Numbered from the stretch's first letter, positions 1-14,642 are shown. The stretch: 64,000 nt of DNA from the human T2T-CHM13v2.0 reference genome, Homo sapiens (GCF_009914755.1 NC_060939.1), one strand, 5' to 3'. The notes: generated from the letters alone by a model not told the origin. Made by a program: numbers and translations.

Positions 1-776
1 TTCATATGTTGATTTGCCTCTAGGAATTTACTTGATCCTTACTTCTGATCATTGAGGGAAAACATGAAACTCTTTATACAAAATACATGAAGTCAAAACA
101 AACTGTAATGCACTATGTTAGCTTGATTAACAAATTAGTAAAATTAAAATGAAGGATCTTTTGAGAAAGGTTGGCCAGTATGTCTTTTAACTGTCATCAA
201 AATAGGTATCACATATGCCATCTTATTCTGAATTTTTAATGAGTAGCACATAACCTATCATTTTAGGAGATTCATGCTCTGCTTATCTAGGTGAGAGAGA
301 GAGGTAGAGTATTTATTTTCATGTAGTGAGCAACATTTGAGTCTGTCTTAACTGATTTCTCACTTAAAAATTATTAAGAAATTTTATTCACTAACATGTA
401 TAGTGGTAGGATATATATCCTTCCTACCTGATTTTGTTTTATCAGTAAAAAGAGCGAGTCAAATTAATTTTTATGCTCCAACATTTTCCTCTGGTGTGTG
501 TGAAATATGTAATACTTAGCATTTTCAATTAAATAGACAATTTATAAGACATGACTTATTCTAAAGCCAATTAACTTATTTCTCCCAATTTTTATAGTCT
601 ACTCTCTAAAAATTGTTTGTTGCGGTATTTATTATATGTTTGTTGTATAAATACCCAGCCTTCCATCAGAGATTATGAGCTTTGTTGCTGAGAGAAGGCT
701 GGTACCCTGAAATGGAGGATTGACCCTTCTCCTCCCCTGTGGGGTACAGAAATGAAGTTTCTTTTTCCCAAGATGA

Positions 777-1117
<341 letters not shown>

Positions 1118-1600
1118 GTGCTTTTCATACCTTAGTGACCAATTCAAAAGTTGCAGTTATACCCAAGGATGACGAGAGGCAAATAAAGACCTTGAAACAA
1201 CTTTCAAAACAAAGTGTCTGATTGATCAAATAAAACTCTTTAAGGTAAATCTCTAAGAGTAGTGAGTAAAGGGTAGAGTGAGCAAACTTCCCCTCCCCCA
1301 CTCGATCTCAAGGTACATCGTGACACGGACCAGAACCATTCATCGAACTCATGGTTGCATACTAGTTGGGGAGGCGAGTTTGTTCCCCCATCCACAGAGG
1401 GATGCTGGCTGAGAAGTGCAAACCACAGGTCTTGGTTGCTCCTTTTGTGCAGCCACCAAGCAGCAGGGCAGCTGGCAGGAGCCCCATGAGTTGAATCACA
1501 CTTTCAGAGTTTGGTGGAGCAAGGCTGCACAGGTTTTCTTATGGACCAACAGATACTGAAGAAAGTAGCTGGGCTTATGTCCTATGAAAAGGTCACTTCT

Positions 1601-1984
<384 letters not shown>

Positions 1985-2685
1985 TCATTTTCAGTTTCCC
2001 TATCTTTGGTTTCTGGCAATACAAAGCAAAAGTTCCAGAGGCATGGAGTGAGGCATAAGTCATTAAAGGCTGTCCTGGGTTTTCCCTTCACGGTGTACTG
2101 GGAGACACCATGTGGTGTGAGGCATTCATTTGCAGGTATAGAGTCTGTAAAATTGTATTCTAAAATAAAAAAAATTTTAATTAGAAGGCAGCATCTGTGA
2201 ACCTTTTGCTGAAAGCCACTATTTTTTTTTTCTGATAAATTATCCCAGCTCTGTGGCTCCATATCCCCCTCCCACCATGTCAAAGATTGTAAAACCAGCC
2301 TCTGCTCCTGTTGCAATACTCCTGTAACAGTCAGATGGAGATTTCTCTGCTTAATATTTAACAAGCTACCCATGCCTCCTGGAAAACTTTGAGAAATATT
2401 TAATTTAGAGCCACTTCTTCCCTCATAGATTCTCATGGCTGCCCTGTTTTGCTCTCATTTCCTTATTTCCAGAAACTGTGTGAATCAAAGGTGGATCTGG
2501 GCTTCTGAGGAGGGCACTGGATTCTTAATCCTTACCTGATGCCATCTTTTGCCATTTGAAACAATATAATTCACTCTGGTTGCAATTTGAGTAGCCAAGT
2601 TGAATAATTTTTTTTTTTAATTTCAAGTGAGAGCTTTTTTTAGGTTAAAAAATATTCTGCCTAGCAATGGTGGTCTTAGGCTGCC

Positions 2686-3044
2686 TGTATTAGTCTATTT
2701 TCATGCTGCTGATGAAGACATATCTGAGACTGGATAATCTATAAAGAAAAAGAGGTTTAATCAACTCATAGTTCCACATGGCTGGGGAGGCCTCACAATC
2801 ATGGCAGAAGGTGAAAGGTACTTCTTATGTGGCAGCAGCAAGAGAATGAGAAAGCCAAGCGAAAGGTGTTTCCTCTTATAAAACCATCAGTTCTAGCGAG
2901 ACTTATTCACTACCATGAGAACAGTATTGGGGAAACCCTCCCATGATTCAATTCTCTCCAACTGGGTCCCTCCCACAACATGTGGGAATTATGGGACCTA
3001 CAATTCAACATGAGATTTGGTGGGGACACAGCTAAACCATATCC
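2686..3044 (-). mobile_element. THE1B/C-type MaLR solo LTR
   Basis: Plus strand reads TGTATTAGTCTATTTTCATGCTGCTG...GGGTCCCTCCCACAACATGTGGGAATTATGGGA...GGGGACACAGCTAAACCATATC, the reverse complement of the THE1 LTR consensus. Confidence 0.92.
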
Positions 3045-3049
3045 ATATG

Positions 3050-3297
3050 CAGATGAAGGCGGAGATTGGGCTGATACACGTACAAGCCAAGGAATGCCAG
3101 AAATTGCCAGGAAACCCCCAGACTTAGGAGAGAGGTGTGGAACAGTTTCTTCTTTAGATCCCTCAGAAAGAACCAAGCACACTGACACCTTGATCTCTCA
3201 GACTTCCAGCCTCTGGAACTGGGAGACAATACATTTCTGTTGTTTGAACCATGTAGTTTGTGGTACTTTGTTATGGCAGCCCTAGCAAATGAATACT
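3050..3297 (+). mobile_element. MLT1B/C-type MaLR LTR, 3' half only
   Basis: CAAGCCAAGGAATGCCAG...GACTTCCAGCCTCTGGAACTGGGAGACAATACATTTCTGTTGTTT...GTGGTACTTTGTTATGGCAGCCCTAGCAAATGAATAC. Confidence 0.88.
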
Positions 3298-3351
3298 GTA
3301 AGTATCATATTCATGTGACAAATATGACTAGTCTCTCAATATCCAACCTCT

Positions 3352-4040
<689 letters not shown>

Positions 4041-4054
4041 ATACATGGCAGTTG

Positions 4055-4170
4055 TATATATGAGAAGACTTAGATTTAGAGAGGTGATGTGACTCACCCA
4101 TGGTCATTCGGCATCAGCAGTTGGCAGAAGCCCAAATTGAAGTTCACATTTTCTTCTTTCCTAATTCAGA
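4055..4170 (-). mobile_element. MIR fragment
   Basis: AGAGAGGTGATGTGACTCACCCATGGTCA...TGGCAGAAGCC, reverse of the MIR core. Confidence 0.65.
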
Positions 4171-4171
4171 T

Positions 4172-4338
4172 TTTATCAAAGTGTGGTTCATGTGCCCCTG
4201 TTCAAAATCGTTGCAGGTGCTGGTTAAAAATACCAATTCTACTTTGTACTCAGCCCTTTTGAATATCAGTCTCTAGAAATCTACGCTTTAATCAGCAATT
4301 AATTTGATCATTTTAAGTACACTGAAGATCGAGAAAGC
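4172..4338. mobile_element. MER5-type hAT-Charlie MITE
   Basis: TCAAAGTGTGGTTC...GTGCTGGTTAAAAATACCAATTCT...TCAGTCTCT...CACTGAAGATCGAGAAAGCC. Confidence 0.6.
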
Positions 4339-4639
4339 CCCCATTTCAAGCCACTTCATGCTCAGGTACCAAATCCGAGAAACAGATTCAAAGGGCTAGA
4401 AACAACAGTTCTGGTTTTCCCATTCATGGTTTTACAATCCACTGTCCTGAAGGTGAAACGAGCCCTCAGCAGTGAATGAACAGGAGAGCAGAGCCATCTA
4501 TCACATTTGCATCAAGGAGGAGAAGTTAGGGGACTCTTAAATTTCCTTGGGAATGCAGAACATGCCAGAAAAGAGTAGTGGCCAAAGCAGTTACTGTGCA
4601 TTCTTCCACCCCACACACGTCAGGGTCTGAAGTGGGTGT

Positions 4640-5860
4640 GAGTCATCCTTGTTGTCTATTGCTATCTCCACACCATTTTCTCTCTCCTTCCCTCCAAAAC
4701 CTTGAACCTTTCAGGCTCATACCCTCTGCTTGCCTATACCTCCCTCACTTCCAATCCATTTCAGACATTTATTGTTGTCCTTGTGACTTATCCTTATTCA
4801 CTGAATACTTTGGCATCTATAGTCTTTCTGTCCGTTTCAGCTTCTTCCTATTAACCAGTGGAAATCCTGGCCTCTCGTCCTTGACCTCATTTTCTCCAAT
4901 GACCTTCTTATTCACTCCACCCACTTCCATTCTCACACCTTGAAGCATATTAGTAACCACAGCATTTCTGAAATCACCAGTGGAAACAGCTAATTCTCCC
5001 AAGAGAGCCCCTTTGCTCTCCCAGCTCCTCTGCTCAAGTTTCTCTATCACAATACTTTATCCAACCTGAAGCTCCCATCTTCATCTCCCCCTGTTGCTCC
5101 ACCAATCAGCCTCTTCTTTACTCAGTGGATGTGAGTGCAGGTTAGAGTGCCTGCTCCATTGAGGCAAACTCTCTCTTGCAAACATACTTAACTCTGCTGC
5201 CACTTTGAGCATTCAGCATGAGCTAAATCCCAATCCAGGGTGAACCCAATTACTTGCATCCTCCATCTCACATCCATACTAAAAGATGAGCCCGACTAGG
5301 GAGAAAAATAACATAATTAGGCAGATTAGAATCATTATGAATTCATAATCTTTTAATCACCTGCTTCAGCTGGGCACTCATTAAAGTCTAGCAAACATTG
5401 AATTTCTCTCATCAGCTCATCCCTGTCTGTCCTATCAAAGTAAGATCCATCTGCCTCTGCACGGGCTCCCAAGAATTCACTAGCTTGTTATTCCCATTCT
5501 ACCCAATATCTTAAATCTTTATCATCACTTCTCCATCCTTCTCATCAGTATACAAGCTTGCTAGATATTCTCTTTTTGAGAAAAGTTTTGTTGTTGTTGT
5601 TGTTGTTGTTTTGAAAAAACCATGAAACCTGGAAGCTCTCCTTGGATTCACATCACCCAGCTATCACTACTTCATTTTACTCAACTTTCTTGCCATATTT
5701 CTCAAGAATGTTTTATATATGATACGCCATACCAACACGTCTTTATCATTTTGTGATCTGCTCAAGTCTGCTTCTACCCTTGATAACATGAAAACTGTTA
5801 TTATTAAAGTCGTTGGTGTTCTCCACATTTTTGGATCCAATCATAAAAAAGGTTCCAGTC
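4640..5860 (+). mobile_element. L2 LINE internal fragment (degraded)
   Basis: Long C/T-rich stretch. CTGCTCAAGTCTGCTTCTACCC...TGAAAACTGTTATTATTAAAGTC resembles the L2 RT region (QSGF...TETAL.KV). Contains a (TTG)n run at ~5588-5610. Confidence 0.6.
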
Positions 5861-5967
5861 CCCATTTTAGGTTAGCTGTGGCTCTGTTTTATGTATCTTC
5901 AGTCCAGTTTCCAGCCTGAAGAGGCAGCCCATTTTCATGGATTCAACTATTTAAAAATGTTAAGTCC

Positions 5968-6244
<277 letters not shown>

Positions 6245-6249
6245 TCATT

Positions 6250-6620
6250 TTTTGTTGACTGTGGGTTGCTCTAGGTCTGTTTCACATGACTTGTTCCAGG
6301 AGGGTCCAGGTTGACAGGCAGCTCCTATCTGGATTATGCCCTGGTGTAGACCATTCTCATGGAGAGAAACACAAAATCTGATTGAAGAAAGGTTCTTGCA
6401 TCTTCTATTGGGAAGTGACATAGGTTAGGCCTGCTCACTTTATGCTAGCCAAATTAAGTCACATGGCCAGACCCAAAGTCAATAGCGTAGGACTGTATAC
6501 TCTCACAGGTGGGGAGGGGTAGTGCACTGCCAGACAAACAGCAACAAACAAGAAAGTATGATCCTCTTACAGAGAAAGCGTGGCCAAACATGTGGGGACA
6601 GTACTGCACTCTGACAATCA
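6250..6620 (-). mobile_element. old MLT1 (J/K-like) LTR
   Basis: TAGGTCTGTTTCACATG...GCCAAATTAAGTCACATGGCCAGACCCAAAGTCAATAG. Confidence 0.7.
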
Positions 6621-8854
6621 TTTTAACTTGATCCTTGATCCCTCCTGTTCTTATTTCATCTCATACGTTAATTGCACTCGCCTGTGTATCTACCAGAACC
6701 TCATGTCAACTCATTCAAACACAGTAATTTGCTAATTCTTACCCACTTGACTATTTGTCATTTCCATATTGCAAATACTTATTATTCCTGTATGCTTTCT
6801 CCCTATCTTATTGTTGTACATTGATAAATAAAGAGAAAAAAATGTTGAGTCAACTGTGTGGTTATAACTTTGTAAGGCCCTCTCTGCTATATTTTTTCTT
6901 CCATCTCTTATAACTTCATAGTGTATATCTTATAGCGGCTATTAAAATAGCGTCTGCCCTTCTCTTTCTGTGTATCTCTCCCACTGTGAATATTTTCATT
7001 TCAGTGGATAAATAAATCTTTGGCTATATGAAATGTTTCAAGCCATCTGGCTTGAGATCCATCAATTTTCTTCCTTGCTATTTCTAAATATCAACTCATT
7101 GTCCCTCTTACTCTCCTTCATTCTTCATAGCACAAAAGGAAGTATTCCTCTGTACGAAAACATCCAATTATTCTTTGTGCTCACTTGTGACAATATTATA
7201 ACCTTATTGTATTCCATTTAATGCTATTTACTGAGGATGCCCTAATGACTAGTGTATGGAAAATACAAAATAAATAATGTGACTTTATTTTCCCAAAGAC
7301 AACTGGGGCTGCATATGTGTCAAATAGAAAATAATAGATCGGGATTTATTCCTCCATTAGCTTTTTAGGTTTGCTTATCTTTCAGAGTAATTTAAATTGA
7401 AATGGAAGACAAATCCTTATTTGATTGTTAGCCAATTCAGTACTATTTATTTCATGTAAGTAGGTGTGGGATCTAAGTGCACTGCTGTTAAAAGGCTATT
7501 TAATGTCACATAGAGGGCCTATTAATTTTTTCAATAAAGTGCCAGCATGCCCAGCCAATTGCATGTATTTAATAGGGAGAGTCTGATCTTCTAAGTCGGC
7601 CTCTATACTTTGTGGTAATGGTGCTAGAGCTTACATTCTGTTAGACATACTAAAGCGCTGCTTTTGTCATCAGAAGTCTAGAGATAAATTTCAAAGTGAA
7701 TTTGTGGTTCTGTTTGAGAAAAGCTCAAAGAATGATACAAGTTTTGTGGTAGAACAGAGATTCAATAGACAGCACAGGGTGGGGAGGATTGGCTTTGTAT
7801 TAATAGGGAAAATATTGATAATTCAAGTTAAATTTTAACACATTGTTGGTAAGGATGCATATTTATATAGGCTTGAAACAGGACATTATCATGGCCATTA
7901 TTTTCTTATGTGGTCTGAAATACTAGAAGTCACAAAGCTGTTTTCCTTTTCGTGCTTACAATTGGATACATTGCTAACTAATTAATGCTTACAAGTGAAT
8001 AGTTTTCTTTTCCATAGAAATCATTGACAATGTGAGGCGGAATCTTAACATAATGCCTAGCACATAACAGTCAATATTTGTAAAATAAATGAATGAATTA
8101 AAATTTGATAAAGAAACACAAATGGCACTCGTGGTTTTAAAATGGTGGAGGAGAGATGATGTCTCCTCTTCTTTCCAAGTGTCAAATCACTCACAGAACA
8201 CATGAAAATTCAGATAACATATCCTGCTATGAAATGAAAACCTCAGTAGCAATAATGAAGTTTAAGAATACTGTAGTCTTTACATTTTAAAAACCCATAT
8301 CAAAAAGGAATAGAGGCATTTAGGGAAGATACAGCAAAGCAACAGAAGAAAAAATACTGAGTTGGCACACCCTGGGGTGGCAGGAAAAAAAGAAAATCAT
8401 CACAAAAATGAGAGCTGTATTGCCAAGAACAGAAAGAAAAAGAGGCCTTTTTAAAAATACAACAAACATAAGGACAGACTGAAATAAGAAAAACAAGGGT
8501 TAAAAGGAATTGAGAGAAAATAAGAATTATTATAAAGAACAAACAAAAAAGATCTGGCCGATAACTACTGGTGTTTCCAAAGAAAAACACTGAAATGGAA
8601 CAAATAGAAATTGTTTAAAAACATAATTTCTAAAAATTCCATAAACACTTGGATCTATGGATTTAAATAGTACTCCACGACCAATAAAAAAGTTAACATC
8701 TAATGATCAACAATAACATATATCCTAATAAATTTACTGCACTTCAAGGGTAAAGACATTTCATTTGGAGATAAAGATATATTATCTAGTCTCTAAAATC
8801 GGGAAAAACCAAATGAGCCTAATGTGCTCTCCCTCTTTCTCCTTCTCCACCTCT

Positions 8855-8989
8855 CATATATATGTACATATACTGTATGTGTATATGTGCATATATTGTA
8901 TATATTTTATATTTTATTTACATATTTTACATAGCTCTTGTATTATAAATCTCCTGTATGCACATGTATACTACCATACACACACAAAC

Positions 8990-9035
<46 letters not shown>

Positions 9036-9052
9036 GCATACATATATATATG
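8855..9052. repeat. (TA)n/(CA)n compound microsatellite
   Basis: TATATG-rich sequence with a pure CA run at ~8999-9024. Confidence 0.9.
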
Positions 9053-9667
9053 TTTTCAGGTACAAGAGATTGGAGTAGTGGTTGAAATATTATCGAGGAA
9101 TACAAAGATGACTCCAGAATTTTATACCCAGCCAAACTACTATAACAGCATACATGCAACAGATAAACACACAAGCTTTCAGGAAATAGTTACTACACGA
9201 GTCCTTCTTAAAGAAATTCAACAGTTTAATGGAAGAGAACTAAATACAATTTCTAGGACAAAGTTTAAGAAAGAAAATTATGAAGGAGAACTAGCCATAC
9301 TGGATATTAAGTTTATTGTAAACATCATAGTATTCGAGACAGTGTGGAGAATAGAAAGTCCAGCAGTAGTTCAAATGCATATATGAATTTCACTTATAAT
9401 GAAGGATGTCTTAGTGTTCAAACTATTTTCGAATAAAGGGTGGTTGCTAATCCAGATTAAAAGAAAAAAGTTGGATTTTTATCTCACATTTTGTACCAAA
9501 ATTTTAGATTCATCAGAGTTTTATAAATATCAAAATCATAATATACTATAAGAACGTAGGAGAATTTTTATGATAAAGGAGGAGAGAAGGCTATTCTAAA
9601 AATGATAAAATCTCAGAACTCAGAAAAAGTAGATACATTTAAAAAGATAGTCAAAAACTGCAACGTG

Positions 9668-9669
<2 letters not shown>

Positions 9670-9712
<43 letters not shown>
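9670..9712 (+). repeat. A43 homopolymer
   Basis: 43 uninterrupted A. Confidence 0.97.
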
Positions 9713-9715
<3 letters not shown>

Positions 9716-10107
9716 TCCGGAAAATAAAAGTACAAACTACAAAATTGGGAAGTAAATATTTGCAACTTATATCACAGATCAAAAATTAACACAGTAATTG
9801 TTCTTGGTAATCAAGAACAAAAGCCAAGAATGTAAGATTAAAAAGTCAAGAATCAGACTTCAGAAAACAAAATGCACATAGCTATTAAACCTAGGAAAAA
9901 TTGCTCAAACAATAACTAGTATATGAGATACAAATTACAACTATGACATAACAGTTCTGTATTTTTATTTCATTATGTATAAAATTGACAAAGATAAAAA
10001 TGTTTGAATTCACAACCTCATACTTTACTAGTCAAAATAAAAATTGGCATGCCTCTATAAAGAGAAATGGGGAAAATCTATTAAATTTAAAATTTTGACA
10101 TATTCCT

Positions 10108-10519
10108 TGTTAGTCCATTCTTTCCTTGCTATGAAGAAATAGCAGAAACTGTAATTTATAAAGAAAAGAGGTTTAATTGGCTCATGGTTCAACAGGTGGT
10201 ACAGAAAGCATAATGCTGGCATCTGCTTGGCTTCTGGGGAAGTCTCAGGAAACTTACAGTCATGGCAGAAGGCAAAGGGGAAGAAGGCACATCTTACATG
10301 GCCAGAGCAGGAGGAAGGGAGAGAGGGGGGAGGTGCTATATACTTTTAAACAACCAGATCATGTGAGAACTCTATCACAACAACAACAATAGGGGGATAG
10401 TGCTAAACCGTTAGAAACCACCTTTGTGATCTAATCACCTCCTACTAGGCCCCACTTCCAACAATGGGGATTACAATTCAACATGAGATTTGGTGGGAAC
10501 ACAGGTCCAAACCATATCA
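10108..10519 (-). mobile_element. MSTA MaLR solo LTR inserted in L1M
   Basis: TTAGTCCATTCT...GAGGTTTAATTGGCTCATGGTT...CTTACATGGCCAGAGCAGGAGGAAG...CCAAACCATATCA. Confidence 0.93.
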
Positions 10520-11977
10520 CCTGTCAATTTTACTGCTAGAAATTCATACTACTAACAAAAGAGTATAGGGAATTATATATGTAGAAAGATATTCAATAGT
10601 TTAATAGGAAATTTGTCAGAATCTAAAATGTCCATGAACAGAGAATTTGCTATAAATTGTGGTACATCCATACCATCAAATACTATGCAAGAAAAAAGAA
10701 AAAGGCAGTTCTATATAAATTGTTATAAAAGGAGGTCTGAACAATATCATTAAATGAAAAAAGAATTGAAAAATATGTAAAGCATCCTGCCATTTTTGTT
10801 CTTTTTAAAGAAGCAGCATATCATGTATGGGTATATGTTCAGAGATATCTACAATATTTAAACAAGAACCAGTAAGGGTCATTGCCTCTGTTGAGAATTA
10901 GGGAACCAGGAAAGGGATGTGAGAACAACTTAGATTTAATTGATTCCATCTTTTACTTCTAAAATGATTTTACTTCTAAAATGATTTAAGAAATAGGTCA
11001 AGGTATATTTAAGTTTTTTTCTTTTCTAACTCACCTACAAAGATTTTGAGAGAAAGCCTTTTTTAAAACTATTTATTAGTGATTCCAAGTGGACACATTT
11101 AACTTCTACTCCGGTGGCAAATCTCATTAGACTTGTACCTCACTTTGCAACCCTTGGTTAGGATCTCACTGCTTCCCTCACACTCCTGGTTGTTTACTCC
11201 AATGGAATTTCTCTACTTACCGCAAGAAAGAACCAGTCTTATCAGGGCTACCAAGGAGAGGGTTTCAGCACTCCAATTCTTGGCTCTCCCTCAGATCCTG
11301 GGGCTTACCTTATTTCCCAGAGGGAACAACAAACTTTTCTCTTGCTGCTCTTCTTTTGTTGGAAAATCTTCAACCTTACGACTGAGAACTTATGAACGTA
11401 ATGATCACACATTTTTGCCCCACATTGGCTAGTGTCTAGAGCTTCCATTACGTTTTCCCTCCTGCAATGTACATTTCTTAGCCTCTTGATTCACTCCAAA
11501 ATCTTCCTATCTCATTAAGAAAAAAAATTAGGCTGGAGGACTTAAGGTTTAGTCACTAAGCCCTGCATTAACAGTGTTATGCCTTCCTGAGAGCAGCACC
11601 TGATTTCTGGAAGTTATTATTGCTGGAATATTTCAAATTAACAAGGAAGTCCCAGAAAGTCATCAATAAATTGTTACTTGATTGATTACAAATTAACAAC
11701 ACTCTCCTTACACATACACACACATGCCAAATCTATTTTCATATTGGAATTTCCTCTCTCAGAGTAGGAGAGGTGGTGAAATGGGGTGACCATTTCCATG
11801 CCTCAGATCCCCACTATCCTGCCAACCCCTAAATAGTCTGGTCCCTGCCACCTTTGTGGCTATCTATTCTAAAAGCATTTTCTCGGCAGCGTTTGTTCTG
11901 AAGATTTGACCTGATGAGACTGGATGCTCGAATGAAATTTCTGCTTTATTCTCCCAAGTTAATCAGATGGTTTGACC

Positions 11978-12146
11978 TTTTGTAAATAAAGTTTTATTGG
12001 AGCACAGCCACATTTATGCACTATCTTTGCTGCTTTCATGCTACAATGGCAGAATTGAGTAGTTTCCACAGATACCACATGGCTTGCAAAGCCTAAGATG
12101 TTTCCTAACTGGCCTTTATGGATAAGTTTGCTAACCTGTACTCTAG
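11978..12146. mobile_element. MER58A hAT-Charlie MITE (partial)
   Basis: TTTTGTAAATAAAGTTTTATTGGAGCACAGCCAC...CAATGGCAGAATTGAGTAGTT...AAGTTTGCTAACC. Confidence 0.88.
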
Positions 12147-12403
12147 ATCACGTGAAGTCCATAATAGTTTATATTTAGTGTAGCTGGAGACACTCATTAG
12201 TCTTTTAAGTACAAGCCACATCTTCAGTCCTCTTCTGACAGCAAACCTCTCACAGCCTTATTCCTCTTATCCTCCTCATCTGAGATAACCTTTGGGAATA
12301 AAGGCATCCCCTGGGCAATGGAATAAACACAGGATTCATGGGTTGGAGGAGTACTGTCTGGTGTCATCTTAATTCTCTCTCACAGCTGAACAATTTTGCA
12401 ATT

Positions 12404-13095
12404 TATAACCACCCAATGGGTTCTTGCCCACTGCCTAGATAGAGCTGATTCATCAAGGCAGGGGAATTGCAATAGAGAAAGTTTAATTCATGCAGAGTCA
12501 GCTGAACAGGAGACTGGAGTTTTATTATTACTCAAATCAGCCTCCCCATGGGGGCTAGGGTATTCCAAGGATAGGATGGTAGGCAAGGGAATGGTTACTG
12601 CTGATTTGTTGGGGATGCAATCATAGGGGTGTAGAAAATGGTCTTCTAGTACATGCATGCTGAGTCTGCTTCTGGGTGGCAGGTCCCTGTGGAGTCATAG
12701 GTCATCAGAAACGCAAATACGTGGAAAGACATCTCCAAAGGTCAATCTTAGGTTCTACAATAGGATGTTCTCTGTATAAGTAATTGGGGAAGCTGCAAAT
12801 TTTGTGATCTCTGGAATAATGGCTGGTAATCCTTCATGCCTACACGTTAGCAGAATTCAGGCTCCTTTCATCCTCCTAACCTGATGCTCTTTCATTAGTT
12901 TTACAAAGCAGTTTAGTTTTGGGGAAGAGCTATTATCATTTGAACTATAAACTAAATTTCTTTCAAATTTAGCTTGGCGCAAACCCAGGAATGACTAAAG
13001 GCAATGTGGAAGTTAAATGCAAGATGGGAGTTGGGTAGATCAGATGTCTTTCACTGTCATAATTTTCTGTTTTAATTTTTGCAAAGGCAGTTTCA
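12404..13095 (-). mobile_element. LTR8-family ERV1 solo LTR inserted into a MIR
   Basis: TATAACCACCCAATGGGTTC...GGGGAATTGCAATAGAGAAAG...TTTTGCAAAGGCAGTTTCA. AATT lies at both flanks and the MIR sequence resumes at 13096. Confidence 0.9.
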
Positions 13096-13250
13096 AAATT
13101 ACTTAACCTCTCTATGCTTCAATTCCTTCATCTGCAAAATAATAGGAATAAGTACCTACTTTATAAAGTTATTATGAAGTTCAAATGAGATCTTAGAGTA
13201 TATAACTCACTGGTACGTAGTAGTAATTGTTTAATGTTACTTAGAATTGT
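13096..13250 (+). mobile_element. MIR (3' part; 5' part at ~12330-12403)
   Basis: TTACTTAACCTCTCTATGCTTCAATTCCTTCATCTGCAAAAT. Confidence 0.85.
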
Positions 13251-14526
13251 TGCTCCTCAGACAGCAGTGACCATGTAATTCACCACATAGGCACATCTTA
13301 GCCAGCCTCTTTCAACCAAAGATGAGTCCTTTATTCAAGAGCAAGTAGGTCCATTCTATGGGCTCTAAGGAGTCAATAAAGTGGCCAGGAGCAAAGTTTT
13401 TGTCTGACCAGTGTGGCTGAGACTTAGGGAGAATATATATTATATACACATAGCCCTGATTGCTCAGGACAGGCCTGATGTACACATATCATCCTGGCAT
13501 AATAGATCTCTTTCACTTTTTAATTTGGATGATAACTACACAGCTATTGTATCCCTACAGAATGTTGACTGTCAAAAGCAGATAGCTTCAGGAAGTAAGC
13601 TGATATTGGGAAAAGTGAAAGATTCACAGAAATGTCATTAAAAAAAAAAAAGCTCTTAGGCAACAAGAGACTCCAGGGGTAAGCTGGTGTTATGAGACGT
13701 GTCAGGACAAAGAGAACAGTATAGACAGTAGGGAGAGATTCTGCCTTGATATTCAAATAGCTTCAGAGATAAAATTTGTATTGGGTTTGTGGCTGTGGTT
13801 TGACACAGAACAACAAAATGAAGCCTGTCAAATTCAAGTAGAGAGATAGAGGAATCCCAAGGCTGAAGGTTGGTCTGAGGTCAAACTTTCCTAGAGTTAA
13901 CTAGGACCTATGGGGACCTATAGTAGGGATAGGCTTATCAAAATAACTCCCAGGGCCTCCTGGGGCTCTTCCTTAGTGAGCCTCTATTGTTTGTGGAAGT
14001 GACAATTCTAAGACACCTTTGAGGAGAATAAACCAATTTGATAACAGCTTTTTGTGTGTGTGGTGGAGGGTGGGAGGTGGGTATATATAGAAACAGATAA
14101 ACACAAAAGCAAGACAGGTCAGTGTTTAATCATGTACCATAATCCTGATCATCATAGAGCATTAGTGGATCCACTAGGGTCGGATATTTACTGGGTGAAA
14201 CATCTAGATGGTGGCTGGAACCAGGCTGGGACTCTAGAGGTGGACCCTGCCCTTAAAGGGTAAGGGTGATCTTGGAAGGGATGAGCCTGTCTGTCCCATT
14301 TTCTTGTGGTTGGATTGAAGTTGACATCTTTGGGTGGATTACAATATATGATCACATTAAGCTACAAGCATCCACAGAATGACCAGTGATGAACTGGGAA
14401 AGACCTCTGGCAAAAGAGTTGGTACAATGAACCTTCTGTGTATGTTAATGAAGAGCTTCCTTTGGGATGAAAAAGGAATATGGCCAAGCCTTGCAACTCA
14501 GGAGTTAACTTTTCTACAAGATTAAA

Positions 14527-14642
14527 GAGAGAGAGAGGGAGAGAAGGGAAGAAAGGAGGAGGAAGAGGTGGGGCAGAGGAGGAGGCAGGGCAGAGGAGGA
14601 GGCAGGGCAGAGGGAGAACCTGCTGCAGAAAAAGAGGGAGAA
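14527..14642. repeat. GA-rich low-complexity tract
   Basis: Purine run containing GGGCAGAGGAGGAGGCA twice. Confidence 0.8.

Larger units (their letters stand above)
8130..10900 (+). mobile_element. ancient L1M (L1ME-like) LINE-1, fragmented, interrupted by MSTA and simple repeats
   Basis: A-rich. ORF 8958-9386 ends in KKENYEGELAILDIKFIVNIIVFETVW, similar to L1 ORF2 [21 protein letters not shown].KTAW. An L1 3' motif, AAATTGTGGTACATCCATACCATCAAATACTATGCA, lies at ~10654-10690. Confidence 0.82.

Noticed and set aside
8958-9386. 142-aa ORF
   Set aside because: It is a microsatellite plus a decayed L1 ORF2 remnant and is not functional.
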